Origin: Patescibacteria group bacterium
GTDB lineage: Bacteria; Patescibacteriota; Patescibacteriia; UM-FILTER-42-10
Assembly: GCA_041666485.1 (NCBI GenBank)
Contig: JBAYGW010000003.1
Coordinates: 16,415 to 80,414 of the forward strand
Reading direction: 5' to 3'
Length of the DNA: 64,000 nt
Shown in pieces: positions 38,735 to 48,366 of this stretch. Both the position numbers and the translations under genes were made by a program. Each line of letters begins with the position of its first letter. The first letter of the stretch is position 1. A model generated the notes under the pieces. It saw nothing but the letters and a program-made list of their open reading frames with translations, was not told the DNA's origin and did not search any database.

Positions 38735-40558
38735 TCATTCCCATTCAATCGTCCCTGGCGGCTTGTTGGTGAAATCAAAAACAATCAAATCTATTTGTTT
38801 TATTCTTTTTAAGCGTCCGACAACCTGGTCAATAAAAGATCGGGACAACGGGAAATACTTGACCGTCATTGCTTCCTCCGATTGCACGGGGCGCAAAATT
38901 ACTGTGTAGCCGCCCGCAATGGAATATGGGGCCAGGATTACGGGAAATTGCCAGATTTTAGAATCCAGTCGGGCTTTTTTCATTTCAGACTGTACTATGT
39001 CGTCAATATTCTGCAGTAGAGCCACGTTTTTTTTCGTCAGCAGAAGTTTAATATTTTTTCCTCCGCTAATATCTTTTTTCCTGCTAAAAATCACCCAGCA
39101 CACCCGATTTACATTTTGAATCTGATTTGCCACGAGCGGACCGAGCTTTTGCATTTGAATAGTATTCATTTCTCCGGAGAAAACCGCGGGATGGGCGTAA
39201 GTCCGTTCATCGCCCTGAACGCCCACACTTCTGACCGGTAGTACCCAGCCTTTAATATCTGATTTGTTCTCATAATTGAACTGCGAGATTATTATATCCA
39301 AATCGGCATTTTCTTTCTTTACATTTACATGCACCTTATTTCCCCGGGAACAAATTATACGGATTGCCAACCCCGGACCGGGAAATGGATGACGATTGAT
39401 AATTTCTCCAGGCAAGCCGATCTGCTTGCCGAGCTGCCGTACTTCGTCTTTGTACAAGTCTTTCAAAGGCTCAATGACCAACCCGCGTTTTATTAATTCC
39501 AAAACTTCTTTTACCCGATTATGGTGTGTTTTTATTTTATCGGCGTGCTTCGTCCCGCCCGATTCAATTGTATCCGGATAAATAGTCCCCTGCGCCAGAA
39601 TCCATTCCTTTGGATTCAGTTTGAATTTCTTCATCGCAATTCTTTGAACATCCAGATACGTCCTGCCGATAATCTCGCGTTTGCGTTCCGGACTGATAAT
39701 ACCTTTTAACCTCTTATAGAATAGTACGGAAGCATCCATTACTTCCAGATTGGTAAACCCTAGTTTATTGAAACGTTTTTTTATTTCCTCTGATTCATTT
39801 TTTCTCATGAACCCCAGATCAATATGCAGACCAAACACCTTTTCTTTGCCCAAGATCCGATTCAGTAACCCGAAACATACGGCAGAATCAACTCCGCCGG
39901 AAACCAGCAAAAATACCTTGCGACTTCCTACTTTCCTAACTATCTCTTTTTCAATATCAGTTAAGTAATGTTTAATATCCCATTCCTTTTTAGCGCCGCA
40001 GATACTGAAAACAAAGTTATTAATTAATTCCATTCCACGTTCTGTATGTGATACTTCGGGGTGAAACTGGACTCCGTATATTTTCATTATGCTGTTTCCC
40101 ATCGCTGCTACCGGGCAATCAGCAGTCTTTGCCATGACTTTAAATCCCTTCGGCACATTTAATACAAGATCACCATGACTCATCCAAACCTGTTCGTTTG
40201 CACCAAATTTCCTGAACAGCTTGCCGGGTTCAATTACTGACAGGTTGGCAAAACCATATTCTCTCACATCACCCCTGACTACTTTTCCGCCCATTAGATA
40301 GGTGATCAGTTGGTGACCATAGCAAACACCTAGGATTGGTACGCCGCTTTTCAGTATTCTCCGGTCAAATTTTATTTTCCCGTCATAAACGCTGTTTGGT
40401 CCGCCGGACAGGATTATTCCCCAGGACGACCTTAATTCTTCAAGTGGCGTTTCGGGATTGTAAATATTAGCTAAAACACCAAGTTGCCGGATTCTGCGTG
40501 CAATCAGGTGGGTATATTGTGAACCAAAATCCAGAATTGTTATGTGTTTTTGTTTCAT
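38735..40558 (-). CDS. guaA: GMP synthase (glutamine-hydrolysing)
   Basis: GATase ILDFGSQYTHLIARRIR, PP-loop SGGVDSAV, C-terminal …IEWE; 607 aa (longer than usual). Confidence 0.9.
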   Translation of the reverse strand: MKQKHITILDFGSQYTHLIARRIRQLGVLANIYNPETPLEELRSSWGIILSGGPNSVYDGKIKFDRRILKSGVPILGVCYGHQLITYLMGGKVVRGDVREYGFANLSVIEPGKLFRKFGANEQVWMSHGDLVLNVPKGFKVMAKTADCPVAAMGNSIMKIYGVQFHPEVSHTERGMELINNFVFSICGAKKEWDIKHYLTDIEKEIVRKVGSRKVFLLVSGGVDSAVCFGLLNRILGKEKVFGLHIDLGFMRKNESEEIKKRFNKLGFTNLEVMDASVLFYKRLKGIISPERKREIIGRTYLDVQRIAMKKFKLNPKEWILAQGTIYPDTIESGGTKHADKIKTHHNRVKEVLELIKRGLVIEPLKDLYKDEVRQLGKQIGLPGEIINRHPFPGPGLAIRIICSRGNKVHVNVKKENADLDIIISQFNYENKSDIKGWVLPVRSVGVQGDERTYAHPAVFSGEMNTIQMQKLGPLVANQIQNVNRVCWVIFSRKKDISGGKNIKLLLTKKNVALLQNIDDIVQSEMKKARLDSKIWQFPVILAPYSIAGGYTVILRPVQSEEAMTVKYFPLSRSFIDQVVGRLKRIKQIDLIVFDFTNKPPGTIEWE

Positions 40559-40644
40559 ACTTGTCTTTATTGTAAAATATACTTACAATTAAAACAACAT
40601 TTTAACCCTAATCCCTTGTCCCTACTACCTAACTTCGCATATTA

Positions 40645-40705
40645 CCAGGTAGAGATTACGAATTACCAAATTGCCAATTACTAATTACTAGTTCCTAAAC
40701 CCTAA
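40645..40705 (+). promoter_or_regulatory. tandem AATTAC-repeat array in guaA/guaB divergent region, immediately before guaB
   Basis: gagATTACgAATTACcaaattgccAATTACtAATTACtag…ATG. Confidence 0.35.
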
Positions 40706-40711
40706 AAAAAT

Positions 40712-42187
40712 ATGTTTACCCAGTTTGAAGAAACATTAACATTTGATGATGTATTGTTAGTTCCGCAAAAGTCATCAATTCTTCCGAATGAAACCGAGAT
40801 TAAAACCAGGCTGACACGCAGGATAAATTTAAATATTCCATTAATCTCATCCCCGATGGACACTGTAACCGAACACCGGCTGGCGATCGCCCTGGCACTG
40901 CACGGCGGAATCGGGATAATTCATAAAAATATGCCTGCCGACAAACAGGCGCAGGAAGTAAGTTTTGTAAAAAGATTTGAAAACGGCTTTATTGAAAATC
41001 CTGCCACACTGCAGCCGGAAGATCCGATTGATGACGCGGCGGAAATTAGAGACAAAAAAGGATACAAAAAAATTCCGATTGTTGATAAAAACAACAAGCT
41101 GGTGGGAATGATTACCGAGCAGGATTATTTCGTGCCCGACGATTTGAAACTGCCGATAAAATTTAAAATGAAACGTTTGAATGAAATTGTGGTCGCTAAG
41201 CACGGCATCACCCTCCAACAAGCAAATAAAATTATTAGGGAGAAAAAGCTCACCGCATTGCCGATCGTTAATAAGCAGGGAAAACTGGTTAGTATGGTTA
41301 CCAGAAAAGATTTGGAAAAAAACGAGCAGCACCCCAATGCCTGCAAGGATGATAAAAAACAACTGCGGGTCGGTGCCGCTATTTCCGTCGGCCCGGAAGC
41401 TCTGGAACGCGCCAAATATTTGGTTGCCGCCGGAGTAGATGTATTGGTCGTTGATACCGCTCACGGCCATACTAAGGGCGTATTGGATACGGTAAGAGCG
41501 CTGAAAAAAAATAAATTGTTTTCTAATATTGATATCATCGCCGGGAATGTCGCAACAGAAGAAGGAACCAGAGATCTGATCAGGGCTGGTGCGGACGCTG
41601 TAAAGGTAGGGGTCGGGCCGGGATCAATCTGTACCACCAGAGTAATTGCGGGGATCGGTGTACCACAAATCAGCGCGATTCTGGCGGCGGTAAAAGGCCG
41701 GGGTAAATCCAATATTCCCATTATTGCTGACGGCGGTATCCGATACTCAGGCGATATAGTAAAAGCACTTGGTGCTAAAGCGGATTCCGTAATGATCGGC
41801 AGTCTTTTTGCCGGTTGTGAAGAAACACCAGGTGAAATAGAGTATGAAGGTGGCAAAATGTATAAATCCTACCGCGGGATGGGTTCAAAAGAAGCCATGA
41901 TCCACGGATCCAAAGACCGTTACGGACAGGGAGAGCAAAAAGACAGTGAAAAACTGGTGCCGGAAGGTGTATCAGCCAGGGTTATTTATAAAGGGCTGGT
42001 TTCAAGACACATATATCAGTTGATCGGCGGGATTAGATCCGGTATGGGTTATATCGGCTCTAAAACAATTTCGGAGTTGCACAGGAAAGCAAGATTTATT
42101 AAAATCAGCTCTGCGGGACTGCGAGAAAGTCATCCACATGATGTAACAATTACAAAACAGCCGCCAAATTATCATTCGGAAAAATAA
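40712..42187 (+). CDS. guaB: IMP dehydrogenase
   Basis: [13 protein letters not shown] pair, [11 protein letters not shown] catalytic loop. Confidence 0.92.
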   Translation: MFTQFEETLTFDDVLLVPQKSSILPNETEIKTRLTRRINLNIPLISSPMDTVTEHRLAIALALHGGIGIIHKNMPADKQAQEVSFVKRFENGFIENPATLQPEDPIDDAAEIRDKKGYKKIPIVDKNNKLVGMITEQDYFVPDDLKLPIKFKMKRLNEIVVAKHGITLQQANKIIREKKLTALPIVNKQGKLVSMVTRKDLEKNEQHPNACKDDKKQLRVGAAISVGPEALERAKYLVAAGVDVLVVDTAHGHTKGVLDTVRALKKNKLFSNIDIIAGNVATEEGTRDLIRAGADAVKVGVGPGSICTTRVIAGIGVPQISAILAAVKGRGKSNIPIIADGGIRYSGDIVKALGAKADSVMIGSLFAGCEETPGEIEYEGGKMYKSYRGMGSKEAMIHGSKDRYGQGEQKDSEKLVPEGVSARVIYKGLVSRHIYQLIGGIRSGMGYIGSKTISELHRKARFIKISSAGLRESHPHDVTITKQPPNYHSEK

Positions 42188-42231
42188 TAAACAAAAGACG
42201 GATTTCACATCCGTCTTTTTAATTCGCTCTA

Positions 42232-43737
42232 TTAAATTCTTTTTCTCAACTTCATGTGCGCCTGTTGCAACTGCGTCAAAAGACTCGTTTCGTTGATAAA
42301 ATTATGCTTACGATTAGAAATAACAAAATTCCCGTTAATCATCAGATCCCTGATATTTCTACCCCCATACGTAATCATATTACTGACCAATGTCTTCGGG
42401 TCATTTGAATTGTACGGTAAGAATCCGCGATCCTGCAGTTTCCAGAACGCGATATCCGCCCGATATCCCGGCAGTATTTTGCCGACTTTTGGCAATCCCA
42501 ACAGTTTCGCACCTTGTGCAGTAATCATATTGAATAAATCACTATAGGGAACGATTTTTTTGTTTTGATGCATCGTTTTAGTCTGTAGCGCTTCCGTAAG
42601 CAAATCCAGCCTGTTTTTACTGACCACGCTGTCCGTTCCCAAGGCAATCTGTTTGGTTGCTTTAATCTTATGAAATAACGGATAATCAAACTGACCGCTA
42701 CGGTGCAGAAGATTGGATGTCGGCAGATGCACAACCCCGACCCTTCTTTTCTGAATTAATTCTACATCTTCCCTGCCCACATGCACGACATGCGACATCA
42801 TGGTCCTGGGATTTAATAGTCCAAACCGATCCAATACTTTCACCGGATGTTCTCCAAATTTTTTCATTGACTTCTCCAATGACTCCTTAGTTTCCGCGAC
42901 ATGGATCGTAAACAATGCATTATACTTTTTCTGAAGCAATCTAACTTTTTTAAAAATTGCCGGCGATGCCTTGTGCGGTTCATGGATCGCAATTGCGGGC
43001 TCCGTATGATATTTTGCTTTATTCTTCAGATATCTTTCAACCATTGCCGGAGTATTTTCCGGATGCGAGTTGCTCACCGCACTGACAGCATTAATCACTT
43101 CATGACCGGTTAGTTTTCCCGCATCGTCAATCGGTTCAAACACTCCATAGTGGCTAAGCGTTGTTGATATGCCGAACTTTTGTTGTTCAGTAAAATCCCC
43201 TACTGCCCCCAGAAAAAAATCGTCCTCAGTCATTTTCCCTTCTAACCTTGCCATACCTTTCAGTGTCTTTTCTAAATTCGCTTCGGAAAATGTTAATGTG
43301 GATCTGAGTAGATACATCGGGGGATGTGCGTGTGCATTAACTAACCCGGGGGTAACAACTATTCCACCGCCGAGCTCGGCATCATAAATTAGGTCAATCT
43401 CGGTTAAATCAACAAAAGATAATTCAGTTGCTTTTAATACTTTTACTATCACTCCATCCTCAATCAGAATTGATCGTCCGGATACAACCTCTAATTTTTC
43501 ATTCTCATTGATGGTAATTAAAAAGGGAATTCCGTGAATTAGAATTTTTCTCGGATTCCCTTCGCGCAACAAAGTATACCTGTTTTTCCCTTTCTGGCCA
43601 GCAGCAAAATTAATATCTTTCTGCCGATATTCAATCTCGCTTTTAAGTTCGGAAAACTCGTTTCTCATTTGCTTGATATTATAACAGGATTTGCTTTTTT
43701 GCCCAAATTGCGTGAGCTGCGACCATTTCATCCTCAT
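42232..43737 (-). CDS. amidohydrolase (MtaD/SsnA/guanine-deaminase-like nucleobase/nucleoside deaminase)
   Basis: PGLVNAHAHPPMYLLR metal-binding HxH region. Confidence 0.62.
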   Translation of the reverse strand: MRMKWSQLTQFGQKSKSCYNIKQMRNEFSELKSEIEYRQKDINFAAGQKGKNRYTLLREGNPRKILIHGIPFLITINENEKLEVVSGRSILIEDGVIVKVLKATELSFVDLTEIDLIYDAELGGGIVVTPGLVNAHAHPPMYLLRSTLTFSEANLEKTLKGMARLEGKMTEDDFFLGAVGDFTEQQKFGISTTLSHYGVFEPIDDAGKLTGHEVINAVSAVSNSHPENTPAMVERYLKNKAKYHTEPAIAIHEPHKASPAIFKKVRLLQKKYNALFTIHVAETKESLEKSMKKFGEHPVKVLDRFGLLNPRTMMSHVVHVGREDVELIQKRRVGVVHLPTSNLLHRSGQFDYPLFHKIKATKQIALGTDSVVSKNRLDLLTEALQTKTMHQNKKIVPYSDLFNMITAQGAKLLGLPKVGKILPGYRADIAFWKLQDRGFLPYNSNDPKTLVSNMITYGGRNIRDLMINGNFVISNRKHNFINETSLLTQLQQAHMKLRKRI

Positions 43738-44713
43738 TTTTAATTAATAGCTCAATGGAAGGTAGCGCTTCCACACTCCCCCAATTCCCCAGGGCAACCG
43801 CTACATTTCTCATGAATCCGCGATATTTTGTTCTCTTTATCGGGCTGTTTTTGAATCTAGCCATAAAATCCTCTGCAGATAATTTTGCCAAATCTACTAG
43901 AGACGGGGCGATTAAATCTTCATGGGCAGTAAATTCTTGAAATGACGTTGGTAATGATTTGCTGTTCCAAGGGCAAACCTCCTGACAAATATCACAGCCG
44001 TAAATTCTATTTTTCATAAGCTTGCGAAATTCTACTGGTATTTCATTTTTTAATTCTATCGTAAGATATGAAATACAACGCCTAGCATCAAGCACCTTGT
44101 TTGCCACCAACGCTCCGGTAGGACAGCTCTTTCTGCATCGCTGGCAGGTTCCGCATGATCCAATCAGTTTATTTACATAACTGTCTAATTCTATATCTAT
44201 TAATATCTCACCCAGAAATATATATGAACCGGTTCTGTAATTTATCAAATTAGTGTTGTTGCCAGTAAATCCTAATCCTGCGCGCTCAGCAAACTCCCTT
44301 TCCAAAAAAGGCCCCGTATCAACATACATCTTTGCGCTGACATTTTTTTTCATCACAACTGAAATGGCTTCAACATATTTTTCCAGTCTCGTTTTAACTA
44401 TCTTGTGATAGTCGTCAAACCACGCATAGCGGGCAATGATTCCTCTTGAAGGATCATTTAGTAATTCAGCCGGGATATCCTGCGTAAAATAACTTACCCC
44501 AACCATAATAATTGATTTTGCTTGGGGAAATATTTTTCTCGGATCTTCGCGTTTTTCCTGGCCGCGCCGGATCCAATCCATATCCCCCGCCATTCCTAAG
44601 CTTATCCACTGGTCAAGTTGACGTTTTTGTTTGCTGGGCTGTACCGGTATTATTCCAAGCAAATCAAAACCTAGTTTTTTTCCGGCATTATGAATACTGC
44701 GAGTAATTTCCAT
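43679..44713 (-). CDS. queG: epoxyqueuosine reductase
   Basis: Two ferredoxin-type Cys clusters CGTCQRCRKSCP / CDICQEVCPWN. Confidence 0.75.
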   Translation of the reverse strand: MEITRSIHNAGKKLGFDLLGIIPVQPSKQKRQLDQWISLGMAGDMDWIRRGQEKREDPRKIFPQAKSIIMVGVSYFTQDIPAELLNDPSRGIIARYAWFDDYHKIVKTRLEKYVEAISVVMKKNVSAKMYVDTGPFLEREFAERAGLGFTGNNTNLINYRTGSYIFLGEILIDIELDSYVNKLIGSCGTCQRCRKSCPTGALVANKVLDARRCISYLTIELKNEIPVEFRKLMKNRIYGCDICQEVCPWNSKSLPTSFQEFTAHEDLIAPSLVDLAKLSAEDFMARFKNSPIKRTKYRGFMRNVAVALGNWGSVEALPSIELLIKNEDEMVAAHAIWAKKQILL

Positions 44714-44835
44714 ATGAATATTTTAGCAATTAATGGGATATTAGCACAATTGAATTGACACCCGTCAAATTTGAGCCTAAACTCTATATGGCCTGAAAAG
44801 CCATTTGTTCATTGTCACCGGCTCAACACCAGAAA

Positions 44836-45267
44836 GGAGCAGACATGGACTTGAAAAAAGTCCGGCAAATAGTCAGCCTGCTCCAAGAGCATCCAACTAT
44901 TGCCGAGCTGGAAGTAAGGAACACGATGGGATTTGAAAAAATCCTGATCCGGAGGTCTCCTCCGATCATCCCCGAGAGTCAGACACAAGCAACAGTTGTA
45001 CTGGCACGACCGACCTTTTTCATCACCGCTCCGGATGTCGGATGGTACCTGGCCGCTGCCGATCTGGAGAAAAATCCGCCGCTTACCAAGGGCAGTTTTG
45101 TTTCCCAGGGCGAAATCGTGGGTTACATTGAAAACCACGGAATTCGGAATGAAGTCGTTGCGGAATTCGCCGGGACAGTCATGCATGTACATGCTGAAAC
45201 CGGTAAACCGGTGGAGTACGACCAGAAGCTGTACACAATCTTACTTTCCGAACCTTCCAGATGCTAA
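44836..45267 (+). CDS. BCCP-like (AccB homolog) protein lacking the biotinylation lysine
   Basis: N-terminus MDLKKVRQIV…AELEV parallels AccB; C-terminal hybrid-barrel aligns but EAMKM is ENHGI. Confidence 0.6.
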   Translation, partial: GADMDLKKVRQIVSLLQEHPTIAELEVRNTMGFEKILIRRSPPIIPESQTQATVVLARPTFFITAPDVGWYLAAADLEKNPPLTKGSFVSQGEIVGYIENHGIRNEVVAEFAGTVMHVHAETGKPVEYDQKLYTILLSEPSRC

Positions 45268-45364
45268 TTACCTGCTCATTTCGTCAAGCGCAATGCTTGA
45301 TGTTTTTTTTAATTCCAATATGCGATATAATAGCTTAAACAAGATATTACACGTATAATATAAA

Positions 45365-46486
45365 ATGATTAAAGCCATCATATTTGATTTCGGGAACGTT
45401 ATAGCCAGTTTTGACAATGGTTTATTTTTGAAAAAAATTTCCAAATATACCAGTAAATCTATTGACAAGTTGTATGAACTAATCTATAAAAAATCAAAAC
45501 TGCCAAGCCAATACGAACAGGGAAAAATTAACTCCGATGAATTTTACAACCAAGTTGTAAAACTATGTGATCTGAAAATCAGTCAGATACAATTTAGAGA
45601 CGCCTATACTCAGATATTCACACCGATTCCGGAAACAATTGAGCTGATTAATGCACTTAAGCCAAATTATAAGCTGGGGCTTTTATCCAGCACCAGCGAG
45701 TGGGATTTTGAATTTGGATTCAAACCGCTAATTGATGTGTCTATTTTTGATTCAATTACATTAACCTATCAGCTAGGAATTAAAAAACCGGATCCGAAAT
45801 TATTTCACGATGCTTTAAATAAACTGAGTGTTGCCCCAAACGAAACTGCCTATATTGATGATCTCCCGGAAACAATTGAAGTAGCCAATAATCTGGGTAT
45901 TCATGGAATATTATTTACCGGTAATGACACCCTGCAAGCATCACTGCATAAACTGGGGGTTGAAGTTAATAATACCTACCGCCCGAATTATGTGCAAAAA
46001 GTTACGATAGCTGACGAGAATGACAAAAAAATTGGATACAAATACCGGGATCAAATCACAGAGACAGATATTTTTCGGGCGACCGGCTTGTGGATTACCA
46101 ATTCAAAAGGCGAAATACTTTTAGCCCGAAGAGCACTGTCAAAAAAAATGCATCCGGGATTATGGAGTACCGCCGTTGCCGGAACAGTTGAAGAAGATGA
46201 AACATACGAACAAAATGTAATCAAAGAAGCTGAAGAGGAACTTGGTATCGTTGGCGAAACTTTTATTCCGTATGAAAAAACCAGAATCCGAGGAAAACAC
46301 AATTTCTTCATCCAATGGTACACTTTAGTCATAAATAAAAAAGCTGAGGAATTCATGTTGCAACCAGAGGAAGTGGTTGAAGTAAAATGGTTCAAAAAAT
46401 CCGAGCTAAAATTGTTGCTGAAAGAAAAACCGGAAATATTTACGTCTTCGCTGCCTCAGTGGGTATCTTTATTCCTGGCGAAATAG
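45365..46486 (+). CDS. HAD-superfamily hydrolase fused to C-terminal NUDIX domain
   Basis: HAD motif I IIFDFGNVI, motif IV YIDD; Nudix box GTVEEDETYEQNVIKEAEEELGI. Confidence 0.7.
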   Translation: MIKAIIFDFGNVIASFDNGLFLKKISKYTSKSIDKLYELIYKKSKLPSQYEQGKINSDEFYNQVVKLCDLKISQIQFRDAYTQIFTPIPETIELINALKPNYKLGLLSSTSEWDFEFGFKPLIDVSIFDSITLTYQLGIKKPDPKLFHDALNKLSVAPNETAYIDDLPETIEVANNLGIHGILFTGNDTLQASLHKLGVEVNNTYRPNYVQKVTIADENDKKIGYKYRDQITETDIFRATGLWITNSKGEILLARRALSKKMHPGLWSTAVAGTVEEDETYEQNVIKEAEEELGIVGETFIPYEKTRIRGKHNFFIQWYTLVINKKAEEFMLQPEEVVEVKWFKKSELKLLLKEKPEIFTSSLPQWVSLFLAK

Positions 46487-46499
46487 ATTTGTACTATTG

Positions 46500-47420
46500 T
46501 TATATTTTTTTTGGAAACAGAATAGACAGGATAATTGAAGCAAAAAGCGCGAGCATAATGATGCCAAATGAGATTAATGACGATATATGGACACCAAATA
46601 TCCCAGAAAGCATTTTCAATCCGATAAACAACAGAATAAATGCCAAACCTTTCTGCAGATGATGAAAACGATGGAGTACGCTTTCAATCAGGAAGAATAA
46701 TGCTCTCAACCCCAGAATTGCAAAAATGTTTGAAGTGAATACAATAAAGAAATTTTGGGAAATAGCAAAGACCGCTGGAATTGAATCCACCGCAAAAAGG
46801 ATATCCGTCGCCTCAATCAATATCATTATTAAAAATAGCGAGGTAAACACAAACTTTCCATTTTCACGGTAAAAAAACTTTCCACTATGGTGGTTTACGG
46901 TAAATGGCAAATACTTTCGGGCAATTTTGATTATTCTATTATTATTAAAATCAACGTGCTCCTCTTTTTTCTCACGCAAAAGTTTAAAGCCGGTAAATAA
47001 TAATACCGCGCCAAAAATATACAACACCCAGTAAAATTGGTGAATAATATACGCTCCCACCCCGATAAAAATTCCGCGGAAAACAATTGCCCCCATTATG
47101 CCCCAGAACAAAACCCGGTGATGGTATTTTTCTTCTAATTTGAAATAACTGAAAATCAGCATCATCACAAACAGATTGTCAACGGACAACATTTTTTCCG
47201 TTACGTATGCGCTCATAAACTGGGCCGCCAGTTCATTACCCATATACAGAAGAATCAAAAAGCCGAACATTACGGAAATCAATATCCAAAATATTGATTG
47301 ATACAATGCCGGTTTGAATTCAATTCTATGGCTTCTCCGGTTAAAGAATCCAAGATCAACTATCATAAACAAAGTTACAATTATCCCGAAGAGAATAAAC
47401 AGTTTAGCTTGTATATCCAT
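46500..47420 (-). CDS. TerC family membrane protein
   Basis: SVDNLFV and EATDILFAVDSIPAV duplicated TerC motifs. Confidence 0.75.
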   Translation of the reverse strand: MDIQAKLFILFGIIVTLFMIVDLGFFNRRSHRIEFKPALYQSIFWILISVMFGFLILLYMGNELAAQFMSAYVTEKMLSVDNLFVMMLIFSYFKLEEKYHHRVLFWGIMGAIVFRGIFIGVGAYIIHQFYWVLYIFGAVLLFTGFKLLREKKEEHVDFNNNRIIKIARKYLPFTVNHHSGKFFYRENGKFVFTSLFLIMILIEATDILFAVDSIPAVFAISQNFFIVFTSNIFAILGLRALFFLIESVLHRFHHLQKGLAFILLFIGLKMLSGIFGVHISSLISFGIIMLALFASIILSILFPKKI

Positions 47421-47614
47421 AACAGCTGGTGCTTTATTATTTAAATCGTCTCATAAAAAAACCGGCATTCGGCCGGTTATAATTAATGCTAGTTCACTGT
47501 TCCAAAGCGCCCTCTTGTGGAAGGACCTTTTGCTTTTTCACTCCCTAGCATTCAAGGCATATTAATAATATCAAACAAATCACTAGAATGCAAACCTACT
47601 CAAAATACTTTTTG

Positions 47615-48250
47615 CTATTTTTTCTTTTTTGCCTTCGGTTTAGCTTTTACCGCCTTTATTACCTTCTTCTTAACTTCTGCTTTTACAGAAACCTTCTTCT
47701 TTATTTCGGGCTTAGAAACAGGTTTTACTTTTTCTTGTAATACTTCTGGCTCTGCTGCCGATAACTGCCGCAATATTTTATCTAATTTTTCATTAATTGT
47801 TTTTAACTGGCCGTCAAATCGCCCGCTATTGGCATCGCTTGGTTTTCGGTCAGCACTTCTCGGATCCTTCCCAAAACAGCTGGAACACAATACGGGCTTT
47901 TCTCCGGTAGGACGAAAAGGAACTTCACAGCTCTGCCCGCACTTGGAACAGGTAGCACTGAACATTTTTTTCTCATAAAAATTCGGCTTGCCGAAATCCC
48001 TGCCAAAAGAACGACCGGAACTTGATTTATCCTTTGCTTTGAAGCAGTTACTGCAATAAACCGGCTTGTTTCCCGTCGGTTTAAACGGAACTTCACAGCT
48101 TTGCCCGCATTCCGAACAGACAGCTTTATGCATTACATGATGGTCCGAGTCACCTCCCCGGTTATAACCGCCGCTCATAGATTCTCTGCGGTCAAAACTA
48201 GGACCGTTTTTTCGGTCAAATGATTTTCCGTTTCTGTTAAAGTTTTTCAT
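47615..48250 (-). CDS. tandem zinc-ribbon protein with RGG-like N-terminus and lysine-rich (H1-like) C-terminal tail
   Basis: Two copies of CxxCGQSCEVPF(K/R)PTGxKPVxCSxCF; tail KKKVSVKAEVKKKVIKAVKAKPKAKKKK. Confidence 0.6.
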   Translation of the reverse strand: MKNFNRNGKSFDRKNGPSFDRRESMSGGYNRGGDSDHHVMHKAVCSECGQSCEVPFKPTGNKPVYCSNCFKAKDKSSSGRSFGRDFGKPNFYEKKMFSATCSKCGQSCEVPFRPTGEKPVLCSSCFGKDPRSADRKPSDANSGRFDGQLKTINEKLDKILRQLSAAEPEVLQEKVKPVSKPEIKKKVSVKAEVKKKVIKAVKAKPKAKKKK

Positions 48251-48366
48251 AAAAATTTTATAATAATTAATGCGGGTTAAGTCTAGCTGTTTAAGTCATA
48301 AATAGCAAGCTTTTCATTAACATTTTTACGCTTTTGTGCTATAATTACAATAATTACGGAATTATT

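Noticed and set aside
40847-41856. Antisense ORFs (207, 131, 96 aa) inside guaB
   Set aside because: They are shadow ORFs opposite a well-supported IMP dehydrogenase frame.
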